A stretch of DNA of 64,000 nt from an uncultured Chloroflexia bacterium (GTDB taxonomy: Bacteria; Chloroflexota; Limnocylindria; Limnocylindrales; CSP1-4): positions 1,375,437-1,439,436 of the forward strand of contig CAVRFC010000005.1 in NCBI GenBank assembly GCA_963720315.1. The letters are read 5' to 3'. Each line of letters opens with the position of its first letter. The stretch's first letter is position 1. Both the position numbers and the translations under genes were made by a program. Shown here in pieces: positions 17,715 to 27,874 of this stretch. The notes under the pieces are model-generated. The model did not search any database and had not been told where the DNA came from. It saw nothing but the letters and a program-made list of their open reading frames with translations.

Positions 17715-19102
17715 ATGCAGGTGGCGACGACCGGACTGATCGTCCGCAACGCACGTGTCCATCCCACACAGGGCCGTCCCGTCGACCCGTCCGATGTCCT
17801 CGTCGACGGCGACCGCATCGCCGCCATCCGCCCGGCTGGCGAGATCGCCGCCGACGGCCGCCCCGAGTTCGATGCCGAAGGCCGGCTGATGTCGCCGCCG
17901 CTGGTCGACCCCCACGTCCACATGGATGCCGTCCTGACCGTCGGTGAGCCGCGCCACAACGAGTCCGGCACGCTCATCGAGGGCATCCTCACCTGGGCCG
18001 ATCGCAAGCCGTCGCTGACCCACGAGGACGTCAAGACCCGGGCCCGCGAGGCGATCATGTGGGAAGTCGCCCAGGGCACGGGCCTCATCCGCTCGCATGT
18101 CGACGTCTGCGACCCGTCGCTGACCGCCCTCCGGGCGCTGATCGAGCTGCGCGACGAGGTCCGCGACATCGTCGAGCTGCGGCTGATCGCGTTCCCCAGG
18201 ACGGGATCCTGTCGTTCCCGAACGGCAAGGAGCTCATGCGCGAGGCGATGCGCCTGGGCTGCGACGTGATCGGCGGCATCCCGCACTACGAGTGGACCCG
18301 CGAGGACGGCGTCGAGGAGGTTCATTTCCTGTTCGACCTCGCGCGCGAGACCGGCGCGCCGATCGACCTCCATTGCGATGAGACCGACGACGAGCAGTCG
18401 CGCTTCCTGGAGGTCGTGGCCGCCCGAACGATGCGCGACGGGATGCAGGGCCGGGTCGTTGCCGGTCACACGACGGCGATGGGCTCGTACAACGACGCCT
18501 ATGCGTTCAAGCTCCTCCAGATCCTGAAGCGAGCCGGCGTGACGATCGTCGCGAACCCGCTCGACAACATCGTCCTCCAGGGCCGCTTCGACACGTATCC
18601 GAAGCGGCGGGGGATGACCCGCGTCAAGGAGCTCGACGCGGCCGGCGTCAATGTCGCCTGCGGCCACGACTCGATCATGGATCCGTGGTACCCGCTGGGG
18701 CGGGGTTCGATGCTCGATGCGCTATCGATGCTCGTCCACGTCGCCCAGATGACAGGTCGAACTGAGCTGTTCCGGGCGTGGGAGATGGTCACGACGAACC
18801 CGGCCCGCGCCGCGGAGGTCCCGTGGGGAGTTCGCGAGGGTCTGCCCGCCAACTTCGTGATCTTTGATTGCGCCGATGAGGCGGAGGCGATCCGTCTTCG
18901 CCCCGCGGCGCGCCTGGTCGTCCGAAATGGCCGGATCGTCGCCGAGACCGAACCGGCACGGAGCGTCGTGCACGTGAACGGGACTGCCCAGCCCGTCACA
19001 TTCCGGCGCGATCCAGGAGCACGCGGCGGCGCATCGGCGCCTCCGCAGATGGCCGGCGCGGGGCCGAACCGCGCGTGGAGCGAGGAAGGAGAGGACGAAT
19101 GA
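17715..19102 (+). CDS. codA: cytosine deaminase (amidohydrolase); one frame correction in a C-run at 18194-18197
   Basis: Motifs are VDPHVHMDAVLT, DLHCDETDDEQSRF and GHDSIMDPWYPLG. ORFs 17715-18269 and 18059-19102 join as ...LRLIAFP-QDGILSFPNG... if the C4 run is read as C5. Confidence 0.85.
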
Positions 19103-20520
19103 CCGCTGGCACCGTGTCTCGGGAGGGCATGCCGACTCGCGAGGGCGATCTTTCGATCGAGGCTCGCGGCATCGAGCCGATCCCCGAATCGGCGCGCTAT
19201 GGGTCTGTCAACCGCGTGTTCACGGTCTGGTTCACGCCGAACCTGGTACCGGCAGCGTTCTTCATCGGGACGCTGGCAGCCGCCGACTTCCTGCAAGTGG
19301 GGTTCGTGACCGGGCTGCTCGCGATCATCGTGGGCAATCTCGTCGGCTCTGTCCTCGTCGGGGCCCTGTCGACGATGGGCCCGGCAACGGGCATGGCCCA
19401 GATGCCACTCGCCCGCCTTGCCTTCGGCAAGTCGATCGTGGTGCCCGGCCTGCTCAACTGGATCAGCTGCATCGGTTGGGACGGCATCAACTCGGTGTTC
19501 GGAGCCGCCGCGCTGACGATCCTGACAGGGCTTCCGTTCATCGTCTCGCTGGTCATCATCGTCGTCGCCCAGGCCGCGCTCGGCGTCCTCGGCTACGAGG
19601 CGATCCACACCTTCGAGAAGTACATGGCGATCGTCCTCGGGGCGATGTTCCTCGTCCTGACGATCGCGATTGCCGGCCAGGCCGGCACCGGGATGGCGCG
19701 GTCCGATGGGTTCACCGGTCTGGACCAGGTGGGGGCGTTCATCCTGTTCAGCACGATCGCTGCGAGCTTTGTCCTGGCGTGGGGCCTCTACGCCTCGGAC
19801 TACTCACGCTACCTACCGGTCAACGCCTCCCGGCCGCGTGTGTTCTGGCTGACCGTTGCCGGGTTGACGCTGGCGGCCGGGTGGATCGAGGCCCTCGGGC
19901 TGCTCGTCGCGGACAAGTCAGCGGGTGGCGCAGTGGACACGATCAACACGGTCCTCAGCGGCTCCATCTTCGCCCCGTTGGCGATGGTTGCCATCGCGAT
20001 CGGGACGATTGCCGTCAACGCGATGAATGACTACACCGGCTCGCTCTCGCTCATGGCGGCGGGGTTCCGGGTGCCGCGGGTCGTCTCCGCCTTGATCGTG
20101 GCGGTCCTCGGCTTCTTCTTTACGCTGTACCTGAACAGCGGCGACCTGCTGCTCAAGTTCGAGAACTACCTGCTGTTCGTCATTTACTGGGTCACGCCAT
20201 GGGCAGCGGTCATCCTGGCCGACTGGCAGCTCCGCGGGCGCCGAGCCGACGTCAGCCGTCTCGTCGACTTCGCGAGCCTGCCGTCGGGCGCACTCGCGCT
20301 CGTGGCCTTGATCGTCGGCTTCGTCGTCTCCCTGCCGTTCGGGACCTCGGTCTTCGGCCAGGAACTGGCGAACGCCACTGGACTGCCGGTCAACGCCCTC
20401 GCGGACGACCTGAAGTACGCCGACATCGCCTACTTCGTCGGCTTCATCGTTGCGTACGCCGTTTACTGGTTCGGGGCCCGCGCGAGCATCCGCCGGGAGG
20501 AGGCCGCCACCGCGACCTGA
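19099..20520 (+). CDS. codB: purine-cytosine permease (NCS1 family)
   Basis: The ATG overlaps the codA stop (ATGA), with AGGAAGGAGAGG upstream. It is a 12-TM protein with EARGIEPIPESAR...NRVFTVWFTPN, typical of CodB-like permeases. Confidence 0.9.
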   Translation: MTAGTVSREGMPTREGDLSIEARGIEPIPESARYGSVNRVFTVWFTPNLVPAAFFIGTLAAADFLQVGFVTGLLAIIVGNLVGSVLVGALSTMGPATGMAQMPLARLAFGKSIVVPGLLNWISCIGWDGINSVFGAAALTILTGLPFIVSLVIIVVAQAALGVLGYEAIHTFEKYMAIVLGAMFLVLTIAIAGQAGTGMARSDGFTGLDQVGAFILFSTIAASFVLAWGLYASDYSRYLPVNASRPRVFWLTVAGLTLAAGWIEALGLLVADKSAGGAVDTINTVLSGSIFAPLAMVAIAIGTIAVNAMNDYTGSLSLMAAGFRVPRVVSALIVAVLGFFFTLYLNSGDLLLKFENYLLFVIYWVTPWAAVILADWQLRGRRADVSRLVDFASLPSGALALVALIVGFVVSLPFGTSVFGQELANATGLPVNALADDLKYADIAYFVGFIVAYAVYWFGARASIRREEAATAT

Positions 20521-20585
20521 GCAGGCCAGCGCCATGTCGGACGGGCTCGTCGCCGACGGGCCCGTCCTTCTCTGCCCGGCGGACC

Positions 20586-21485
20586 TCAACCGGGCAGGAC
20601 TGGAGGGCGATGGACGACGGGCTCGAGGCCGAGCGTCGCGACGTGCGCCGCGATCTCCGCCGCGGTCGTCACCCACAGGCCGTCGATGGCCTGGGCCCGG
20701 GCGATGAGCTGATCGAGGGCGGCCGCGCGCGACGCCCGCCCGGACACGAACGGGTGGTTGGTCAACATGAACAGCCCGCCCTCCTCGACCAGCGCCTCGA
20801 GCTCGAGCGTCCAGCGGGCCAGGACGTCGGCCGGGCTCGAGATCACGCCGGAGCCGGTGATCCCAGGCAGGTAGTTGTACGGCTCCCAGTCGTCGAGCGA
20901 CCAGTGCCCCGGCAACTCGACGAGCGTCGCCGCGGCCGGCTCCTGGGACGTCGCAAGGAGATACGGATGGTCGGCGTCCATCAACCCGGAGTCGTAGACG
21001 AAGCCGTGACGCGCGAGTAGCGCCGGCGTGTCGAACGTGAGTTCCCAGTTCGGCCCCCGATAGCCGATCGGACGCACGCCCAGGACCTCGTCGAGCGCAG
21101 CAAGCCCGCGAAGGAGACGGGCCTCTTCCTCGGCCGGCGTCGCGCCGTGGGCGCCCTCGTGGAGATAGCCGTGGTGGGCGATCTCGTGGCCGGCGTCGCG
21201 GATCGAGCGGCAGATCGCGGGCCAGCGTTCGGCGCTGTAGCCGGGAATGAAGAAGGTCGCCAGGATGCCGCGCCGATCGAGAACGCGCAGCAGTCGGGCG
21301 ATGCCCGTCCGGGCGCCATAGGCCTGGTGCGTCATCACGTCCAACCAGGCGGCGGTCTCCGGGTGTTCGAAAAGAATCGGGCTTTCGGCGTCGACGTCGA
21401 ACGTGATGCAGGCCGCGGCCCGGACGCCATCCGGCCACCGGAATCCCGGCGGCAGCGGGGAGTGCCAGTCAGGTTCGACCGTCAT
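20586..21485 (-). CDS. polysaccharide deacetylase / PuuE-like divergent deacetylase family
   Basis: Motifs are ITFDVDAES, ATFFIPG, GHEIAHHGYLHE and ELPGHWSLDDW. The start is taken at MTVEPDW. Confidence 0.85.
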   Translation of the reverse strand: MTVEPDWHSPLPPGFRWPDGVRAAACITFDVDAESPILFEHPETAAWLDVMTHQAYGARTGIARLLRVLDRRGILATFFIPGYSAERWPAICRSIRDAGHEIAHHGYLHEGAHGATPAEEEARLLRGLAALDEVLGVRPIGYRGPNWELTFDTPALLARHGFVYDSGLMDADHPYLLATSQEPAAATLVELPGHWSLDDWEPYNYLPGITGSGVISSPADVLARWTLELEALVEEGGLFMLTNHPFVSGRASRAAALDQLIARAQAIDGLWVTTAAEIAAHVATLGLEPVVHRPPVLPG

Positions 21486-21549
21486 CGAGTCGAAGTCTAG
21501 GCATCGCGCGACGTCGCGGCACAACCCGAGCGATAGACTCAGCCTCGCG

Positions 21550-24500
21550 ATGAACAGTCACTCACGGTCGCCGATACGCGATCCGGTCGTGGGTCATCCC
21601 GCGCTTGAGGCGCCGTTCGTCGGGCGCACGACCGAGCTCGAGGTCTTGCTCGGCGCCCTGGACGACGCGTTTCGCGACGGGAAGCCCCGGTTCGTGCTCG
21701 TGGACGGCGCGGCCGGGATCGGCAAGAGCCGTCTCTTGCGTGAATTCCTCGCGGCCGCGCGCGAACGCGCATCTGCCGCTGCGATCCTCCAGGGCCGTTG
21801 CCTCGCGACGGGACGCGGGGTCAGTTACTGGGCGCTGGGCGAGGTGCTCCGACGCGCCTGCGGCATCGGGCTCGACGATCGCGCCGAGGACGCCGAGCAG
21901 CGCCTCCGCGACGGGCTGACGAGGATCCTCACGCCACTCGGACTGACGTCGGCCGAAGCGGACGAGACGCTATACGCCCTGGCGACGTCCGCTGGCATCG
22001 TCATCGCCGGCAACCCCCTCGAGCGCGCCGATCCGCGGATCGTCCCGGCGGCGATCACCCGGGCATGGGGCCAATTCCTCACCGCGCACTCGCGGCGGGG
22101 CGGCGCGATCCTCGTCATCGAGGACCTCCACTGGGCTGGATCCGCGCTGATCTCGGCCTTGCCGACGATCGCCTCGATGCTCGACGGTCCGATCCTCTTC
22201 GTCGGGACTGCCCGACCGGCGTTCCTGGGTCGGGAGCCGGCCTTCCTGTCGGACCACGATCTGGTCACCGTCGAGGTCCCGTCGCTGCGCGTCAAAGATG
22301 CTGCCGGCTTGGTGAATGCGCTGCTCGCGACGGGCGCGCTCACACCTGAGGTGCGGGCGAACCTCGTCGCACGGGCCGAGGGCAACCCGTACTTCCTGGA
22401 AGAGGCGGTTCGCCACCTGTCGGAAGCAAGCAATGCCGCGATCCCGGACTCCATCCAGGCCGTGCTCGTCGCGCGAATTGAGGCGCTGCCACTCGCCGAG
22501 CGCCGCGTCCTCCAGGAGGCCGCGGTCGTGGGACGCGTCTTCTGGGAGGGGCCGGTTCGAGCGGCATTGGGCGCAGCGGACATCGGCGACTCGTTGCGAC
22601 GCCTTGCCGAACGTGGTCTCGTGTTCACCCGTCCGACGTCGAGCTTGTCCGGCGAGGTCGAGCTCAGCTTCAAGCACGCCCTCCTCCGCGACGCGGCGTA
22701 CGGAACGATGACGGCGACGCATCGAGCGCGATCGCATGCGTCCGTCGGCGCGTGGCTTGAGGGAATCGCGGACGATCCGAAGGCCGAGCTGGCGGGCCTG
22801 ATCGGCGAGCACTTCCGGTTGGCGATCGAACGGGACGCCGATGGTTCCGCCTGGCCGGACGCTGCCGACCGCGAGCGGGTCCGGGCGAGCGCGGTTCGGT
22901 ACCTGCTACTCGCGGGTTCGAGTGCCCATCAGCGCTTCGCCCTCGACAAGGCGATCGAACTCCACGAGGCGGCGCTGCGGCATGCGACGTCGGACACGGA
23001 GCGGGCGAGGGTCCTGAGCGCGCTAGGCCTGGATCACGAGTCGGGCCTCGAGGGTCCGGCCGCGATCGATGCGTACCGCCGGGCAATCGAAATGGCCGAC
23101 CGTGCGCCATTGCCGGCCGACGAGCGAGCGCAGATTCGGCTTGCGGCGGCACGGACCATGGCCGTGCGCTGGGGCGCCTTTCCCGTCCGACCGAACCCCG
23201 CCGAGATCGACGAGTTCGTCGACTCGGGACTGGCCCTTGCCGAGGACGCCGAGACCCGGCTCTGGCTGCTGGCGACGAGGGGCGCGGCCGGAATCCGCTG
23301 GGGAGCGCCCACCTCTCGGACCCGAAATTCGTGGCCGATCGCTCCAGGGCGGTGAACACCGCCCTGGATGGGGCGCGGCAGCTCGGCCTCAACGATCTCA
23401 TCGCCTTTGCGGGCCGCGTGTCGGCTCAGCTCGCCTACGCCGCGGGCCGCTACGACGAGTGTGTTGCCGTGTACCGAGGGCTTGTCCCGCACCTCGACGC
23501 GGTCGAGTCCGCCTACCAGCGGGCGCTCACTGCGGTGTACGTGACGCTGGGTCTCGCCGATGTCGCGGGTGCCTATGCCGACGCGCTCGTCGTCGCCCAG
23601 AAAACGCTCGAGGTCGGGCGGACGTTGAGCCCGCACGAACACGCCCACGGGACGGCGATGATGTTGTGGTGCCTGTACCACCTCGGCGACTGGGGCGAGA
23701 CGGACCGCCCTCGTCGATGAGCACATCGCCGCCGTCCGCGGCACGGACGTCTTCATCTGTCCGTTCATGCGGGGCGGTGCGCTGATCGGCGCGCTGATGG
23801 CGGCCCACCTCGGCGATTTCGCGCGCGCCCGCGAGCTGCGTCGACGAGGTCGAACTGACTCCCGACGAGCCGGGTTGGCCGGAGGCGCTCCACGCGCGAG
23901 TCCTCGTCGCGCTCGGCGAGGCCGAGGAGGGCGCCGCGGCGGCCCAGCGGATCATCGACAGCGGACGGCTCGCGAGTCTCGAGGAGAACGAGCACGAGAC
24001 GGTCGCCCTCATCGAGGCCCTGCATGCGCTCGGCGACTGGGATCGGCTGCGGGCGTTCCTGCCGGAGGCACGGCGCCGGAGCGCGTCGATCGCGATCCTG
24101 GGGCCGGTCTGCGACCGGGCGGAGGGCATGGTCGCGGTCGCCGACGGCGACACGGAGCGGGCGATCGATGCTGCTCCGCCGGGCCATCGAGGGCTTCGCA
24201 CGCCTCGGCGTCCCGTACGAGCTCTCCCGGACTCAGGCGCTGCTCGCGAACGTGCTGCCGGACGGCGACGCGATGCTCGCCGACGCGATCGCATCCGCAG
24301 AGGCCCTGCTCGGCGAGCGCGACCCCGACGCCGCAGCCGGCAACGACGCTCGGCGCCCGACACTTCCGGGCTGTCAGAGCGCGAGCGGGAAATCCTGGCC
24401 CTCATCGGGGAGGGGATCAGCAACCAGGAGATCGCGGATCGACTGGTCCTGAGCCCGCGGACGGTCGAACGCCACGTCTCGAACATCTACCTGAAGCTCG

Positions 24501-24577
24501 GGCTCGAGGGGCGGTCATCGCGCGCCGCCGCGGCGGCGTACGCGGTCAAGTCGAGCCTGAAGGCGGGTCCGAACTAG
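21550..24577 (+). pseudogene. large ATP-binding LuxR-family regulator (LAL/MalT-like: P-loop NTPase - helical/TPR repeats - LuxR HTH), at least five frame changes
   Basis: The N-terminal 600 aa are intact, with Walker A VDGAAGIGKSRLL. The C-terminal third is readable only by hopping between ORFs 23331-23720, 23767-, 24024-24452 and 24128-24577. It ends with the Lux[48 protein letters not shown]. Confidence 0.75.
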
Positions 24578-24744
24578 ACCTCCGCCGGCCGACTACGTGT
24601 CGGCCGCCAAACGCCTGGCGAATCGTCCGCGGTTGCCCCGACGATTTTCGCGTGCCGGCACGGAAGTCGCCGTCTGCCCCGATCCCTACCTTGCTCGACA
24701 GATGCACCCGACCAGACCGTCGGGGTACGAGGAGGGCAATCGTC

Positions 24745-24936
24745 ATGGAACCGATCACGCGATACGACTTCGCGAAGCTCCTGATGGCGGAACGCCACGA
24801 GCAGGCAGCCAACGCGCGGATGGCCAAGCGCGGCCGCACATTCGCGGACGCCGCCGAGCAGGAGACATCGGTCCGGCGCCGCTGGACCCTTCGTCAGCTC
24901 GTCGGCCGCATAAGCCTCGGACACGCCGGGACCTAA
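24745..24936 (+). CDS. small hypothetical protein (63 aa)
   Basis: This is the in-frame tail of ORF 23767-24936 starting at ATG 24745: MEPITRYDFAKLLMAERHEQAANARMAKRG... No family is recognised and the support is coding-like codon usage only. Confidence 0.3.
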   Translation: MEPITRYDFAKLLMAERHEQAANARMAKRGRTFADAAEQETSVRRRWTLRQLVGRISLGHAGT

Positions 24937-24973
24937 CCCGGCGCCGGGAAGCCAGAGACAGGGAGGTACCAAC

Positions 24974-25582
24974 ATGGCGTACAAGATTGAAGGCAAGCTG
25001 CTCGAGGTTTGCTCGTGCAACGTCCTCTGTCCTTGCTGGATTGGCGAGGATCCGGACGGTGGCACATGCGACTCGGCAATGGCGTGGCACATCGACACGG
25101 GCGAGATCGAAGGCGTCGACGTCTCAGGCCAGACGCTCGCGATGTCGGTGCATATCCCCGGCAACGTCCTCGTGCCGGCGTCCTGGAAGGCGGCGGTCTT
25201 CGTCTCCGACAGCGCGACCGACGAGCAGCACGGCGCAATCCTCAAGGTCTTCACGGGCCAGCTCGGCGGCGCGATCGCCGACTTCGCCGCGCTCATCGGT
25301 GAGGTCGTGTCCGTCGAGCGGGTGCCGATCACGTTCACCGTCGACGAGGGCAAGGGCCGCCTCGTGATCGGCTCCGTCGCGGACGCTCAACTGACGCCGT
25401 ACTCGGGAGCAACCGGGAACCTGACGACGCTGGGTGAAACCGCGTTCAGCACGATCCCGGGATCGCCGGTCTACGTCGCCAAGGCCGACCACTTCACCCG
25501 CGACGGCGCGCCCTATGGCCTGCCGAGTGTCGACATCCGAGAAAACAACGCACTCCAGGGCCACTTCGAGTTCGCGGCGTAG
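24974..25582 (+). CDS. DUF1326 domain protein
   Basis: The N-terminal CSCNVLCPCW cysteine motif and overall length fit DUF1326. GGAGG lies upstream. Confidence 0.85.
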   Translation: MAYKIEGKLLEVCSCNVLCPCWIGEDPDGGTCDSAMAWHIDTGEIEGVDVSGQTLAMSVHIPGNVLVPASWKAAVFVSDSATDEQHGAILKVFTGQLGGAIADFAALIGEVVSVERVPITFTVDEGKGRLVIGSVADAQLTPYSGATGNLTTLGETAFSTIPGSPVYVAKADHFTRDGAPYGLPSVDIRENNALQGHFEFAA

Positions 25583-25603
25583 GCCCGCAGATCGGAGAGA
25601 ACG

Positions 25604-26485
25604 ATGTTGTCCGTCCACGCCGGCCGCGTTCATGGCCGCGACCGCGCAATCCTCCTCGGCTCGCTCGCGGCCGTGGTCGCGGCCGGCTGGGCGGCACTCG
25701 TTCTGTGGGGCGCCTCGCCCTGGTCAGGCTATCTGAGCCACACGACGCTCGAACACGGAGCGGGGACAGCTGAGACGCTCCTGTTCGTCGTCGGCTGGAC
25801 ACTCATGACGGTGGCGATGATGCTCCCGACGACGTGGCCGCTCCTGGTCACGTTCCAGGCGCTGGTCGGACGGCGCAGGCAGCCTGGCCTGCTGGTCCTC
25901 CTGCTCGGTGCCGGCTACATCGTCACGTGGGCAATCGTCGGTCTGGCGCTGCACTCAGGCGACCGATTGGTGCATGAGGCGGTCGAATCCGTCGGCTGGC
26001 TGGGCGCGCACACCGGCCTGATCGGGGCCGGGACAATTCTGGTGGCGGGCATCTACCAGTTCGCGCCGCTGAAATACAAGTGCCTGGACCAGTGCCGCTC
26101 GCCGCTGGGCTTCGTCCTGAACCACTGGCGCGGCACGAGCGAACGGCGCGAGGCGTTCATGCTCGGCGTCCGCCACGGACTGTTCTGCGTCGGCTGCTGC
26201 TGGTCGCTCATGCTGATGATGTTCGCGGTGGGCGTCGGCAGCCTCGCCTGGATGTTCCTGCTCGGGGCGATCATGGCGATCGAGAAGAACGCGACCTGGG
26301 GCCGGGCGATGTCGCGCCCACTCGGGATCGTGCTGATCGCCGCTGGGAGCGCCCTCTGCGTCGCGGCGCTGATTCCCCGGCGTCGCCGCTTAGCCCGCTG
26401 CCTAACCCGTCGGGCGTTACGGCAGGCGTACCAAGCGACGAACGACAGCCGCCGCTGGCCCCGATTCGGGCCGCTTGGCCGCTAA
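25604..26485 (+). CDS. DUF2182 putative metal-binding integral membrane protein
   Basis: It is multi-TM with the conserved YKCLDQCRSPLGF and GLFCVGCCW motifs and is the canonical partner of DUF1326. The Arg-rich last ~35 aa read through a repeat element and may not be native. Confidence 0.8.
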   Translation: MLSVHAGRVHGRDRAILLGSLAAVVAAGWAALVLWGASPWSGYLSHTTLEHGAGTAETLLFVVGWTLMTVAMMLPTTWPLLVTFQALVGRRRQPGLLVLLLGAGYIVTWAIVGLALHSGDRLVHEAVESVGWLGAHTGLIGAGTILVAGIYQFAPLKYKCLDQCRSPLGFVLNHWRGTSERREAFMLGVRHGLFCVGCCWSLMLMMFAVGVGSLAWMFLLGAIMAIEKNATWGRAMSRPLGIVLIAAGSALCVAALIPRRRRLARCLTRRALRQAYQATNDSRRWPRFGPLGR

Positions 26486-26580
26486 TTGATACGGCAGCCG
26501 TAACGTTTGACGAACGAGGGCCCTTTGGCCGGCCGATTCCGGCGACTCAGCCGCTCCTTGGTACGCGACGCGTAACGGGG
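26411..26580. repeat. composite repeat-rich spacer (imperfect inverted ends, internal direct repeats, CGTTACGG/CCGTAACG motifs)
   Basis: The left end cgggcgttacggcaggcgtaccaagcg and right end cttggtacgcgacgcgtaacggggg are imperfect inverted repeats. gacgaacga...ggcc..gattc.ggc occurs twice. A TACGGC-A-GCCGTA palindrome lies at 26490-26502. The region contains the CCCCGATTCGG core shared with other spacers. Confidence 0.5.
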
Positions 26581-26641
26581 GTGCGGCGGCACCTGAGGGG
26601 GCGGTCGCGCGGCACCTTCTTGATTGGGAGCGGCTAAGTCC

Positions 26642-27079
26642 CTACGTGGTCGGGCTTGTCTCCGCCAGCGGGGGCGCGTTTCGGTAGGCGTCCGGAAGCG
26701 GCGTGCCCGTCTGCGACGTTTCGACCTCGACGATGTCGGCGCGCATCGGGGCCAACGCGTTCAGAAGCTCGGACTTGTCGGCCTCGCCGACGCCGAACTG
26801 GTCGAGCGTGGCGATCAGGTCCTGGACCAGGGCATCGAACTCCCCGCCGGTTACCCCCATCTGGTCATGGGTCGTTCGCATGTCGCGTCCGGAATAGGTG
26901 CATGGCCCGCCGGTCGCCTCGCACACCTGGTCGACGAGGTTCGCCTTGAGGCGCGCGACGTCGGTCCGGGCGAACTTCCCGTTGATGCGACTATCGGCGG
27001 CGCAGCGCGCAACGAAGGCATCGACGACCGCGACGATCGCGTCCTTGCCGCCCAGCCGCTCGAACAGGGATCGGCTCAC
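26642..27079 (-). CDS. glbN: group I truncated haemoglobin (trHbN)
   Basis: It reads SLFERLGGKDAIVAVVDAFVARCAADSRINGKF...GGPCTYSGRDMRTTHDQMGVTGGEFDALV. The GTG start at 27079 is preceded by AGGAGG. Confidence 0.85.
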   Translation of the reverse strand: MSRSLFERLGGKDAIVAVVDAFVARCAADSRINGKFARTDVARLKANLVDQVCEATGGPCTYSGRDMRTTHDQMGVTGGEFDALVQDLIATLDQFGVGEADKSELLNALAPMRADIVEVETSQTGTPLPDAYRNAPPLAETSPTT

Positions 27080-27187
27080 AGGGTCCTCCTTTCGCGTTGG
27101 GGTCGCGAACTCGTCCCTCCGGTCAGGCCCGAATCCTAACCCTGCCTGCAAGTCACTCCGGCGTGAGCGGCGCCGCGCGCCGCGGGG

Positions 27188-27538
27188 TCAGCCGGTCTTC
27201 TTGTCGAGGTACTGGAGGAGGTTGTGGGCGGCGAGCTCGATTGCCTTGTGGCGCCACTCCGCTGCGCGATACACACAGGCGATGAGCCCGGTCCGGTGGA
27301 CCCGCCGGAAGTCGCCGCAGACGAACGCGAAGCGAGCCTTCGTCTCGTCCGAGGCGCCGTCGGTCAGGCCGAGGTGCCATTCGGCGTACTCCTCCCAGGA
27401 GTGCGACTTCAGGAACGCGTTCTCGTCGGCGGCGGTCGGTGCGACCTCTCCCCAGTCGCTGTCGAGGACGTACTGGCCGGCGTCGATCAGCTTCCGCGCA
27501 TGCGCGACCGCCCGCTTGTTGAGCGTGTACGACGCCAT
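27188..27538 (-). CDS. conserved-looking hypothetical protein (116 aa)
   Basis: It is a clean ORF with strong GC3 lying between the haemoglobin and dodecin genes. No family is recognised. Confidence 0.6.
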   Translation of the reverse strand: MASYTLNKRAVAHARKLIDAGQYVLDSDWGEVAPTAADENAFLKSHSWEEYAEWHLGLTDGASDETKARFAFVCGDFRRVHRTGLIACVYRAAEWRHKAIELAAHNLLQYLDKKTG

Positions 27539-27548
27539 CTTGCGGGCG

Positions 27549-27752
27549 TCAGTCGTCGAGGACGAACGTCACCATCATGTTGACCTGGTACTGCGAGATC
27601 GTGTCGTTGGTGATCTCGACGCGCTGCTCCTTGATCCAGGCGCTGCGGACGTTTCGGAGCGTTTTGGTCGCCCGGGCGACCCCCTGCTGAACGGCGTCCT
27701 CGAAGCTCTTCGTCGAGGTGGAGCTGATCTCGGTGACACGTGCGACAGCCAT
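27549..27752 (-). CDS. dodecin-family flavin-binding protein
   Basis: MAVARVTEISSTSTKSFEDAVQQGVARATKTLRNVRSAWIKEQRVEI...VNMMVTFVLDD is read. GAGGAG lies upstream of the ATG at 27752. Confidence 0.8.
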   Translation of the reverse strand: MAVARVTEISSTSTKSFEDAVQQGVARATKTLRNVRSAWIKEQRVEITNDTISQYQVNMMVTFVLDD

Positions 27753-27874
27753 TGCGTGATCTCCTCGTGGTTCGCAGTCCCACACCGGTTGGGACAGCTT
27801 AAGACGCGCCGGAGACGGCCGTGTGGTCTCGTGATCCGGCACCCCGCCCCCGTCACCCGAGCCCAGGACGTGCG

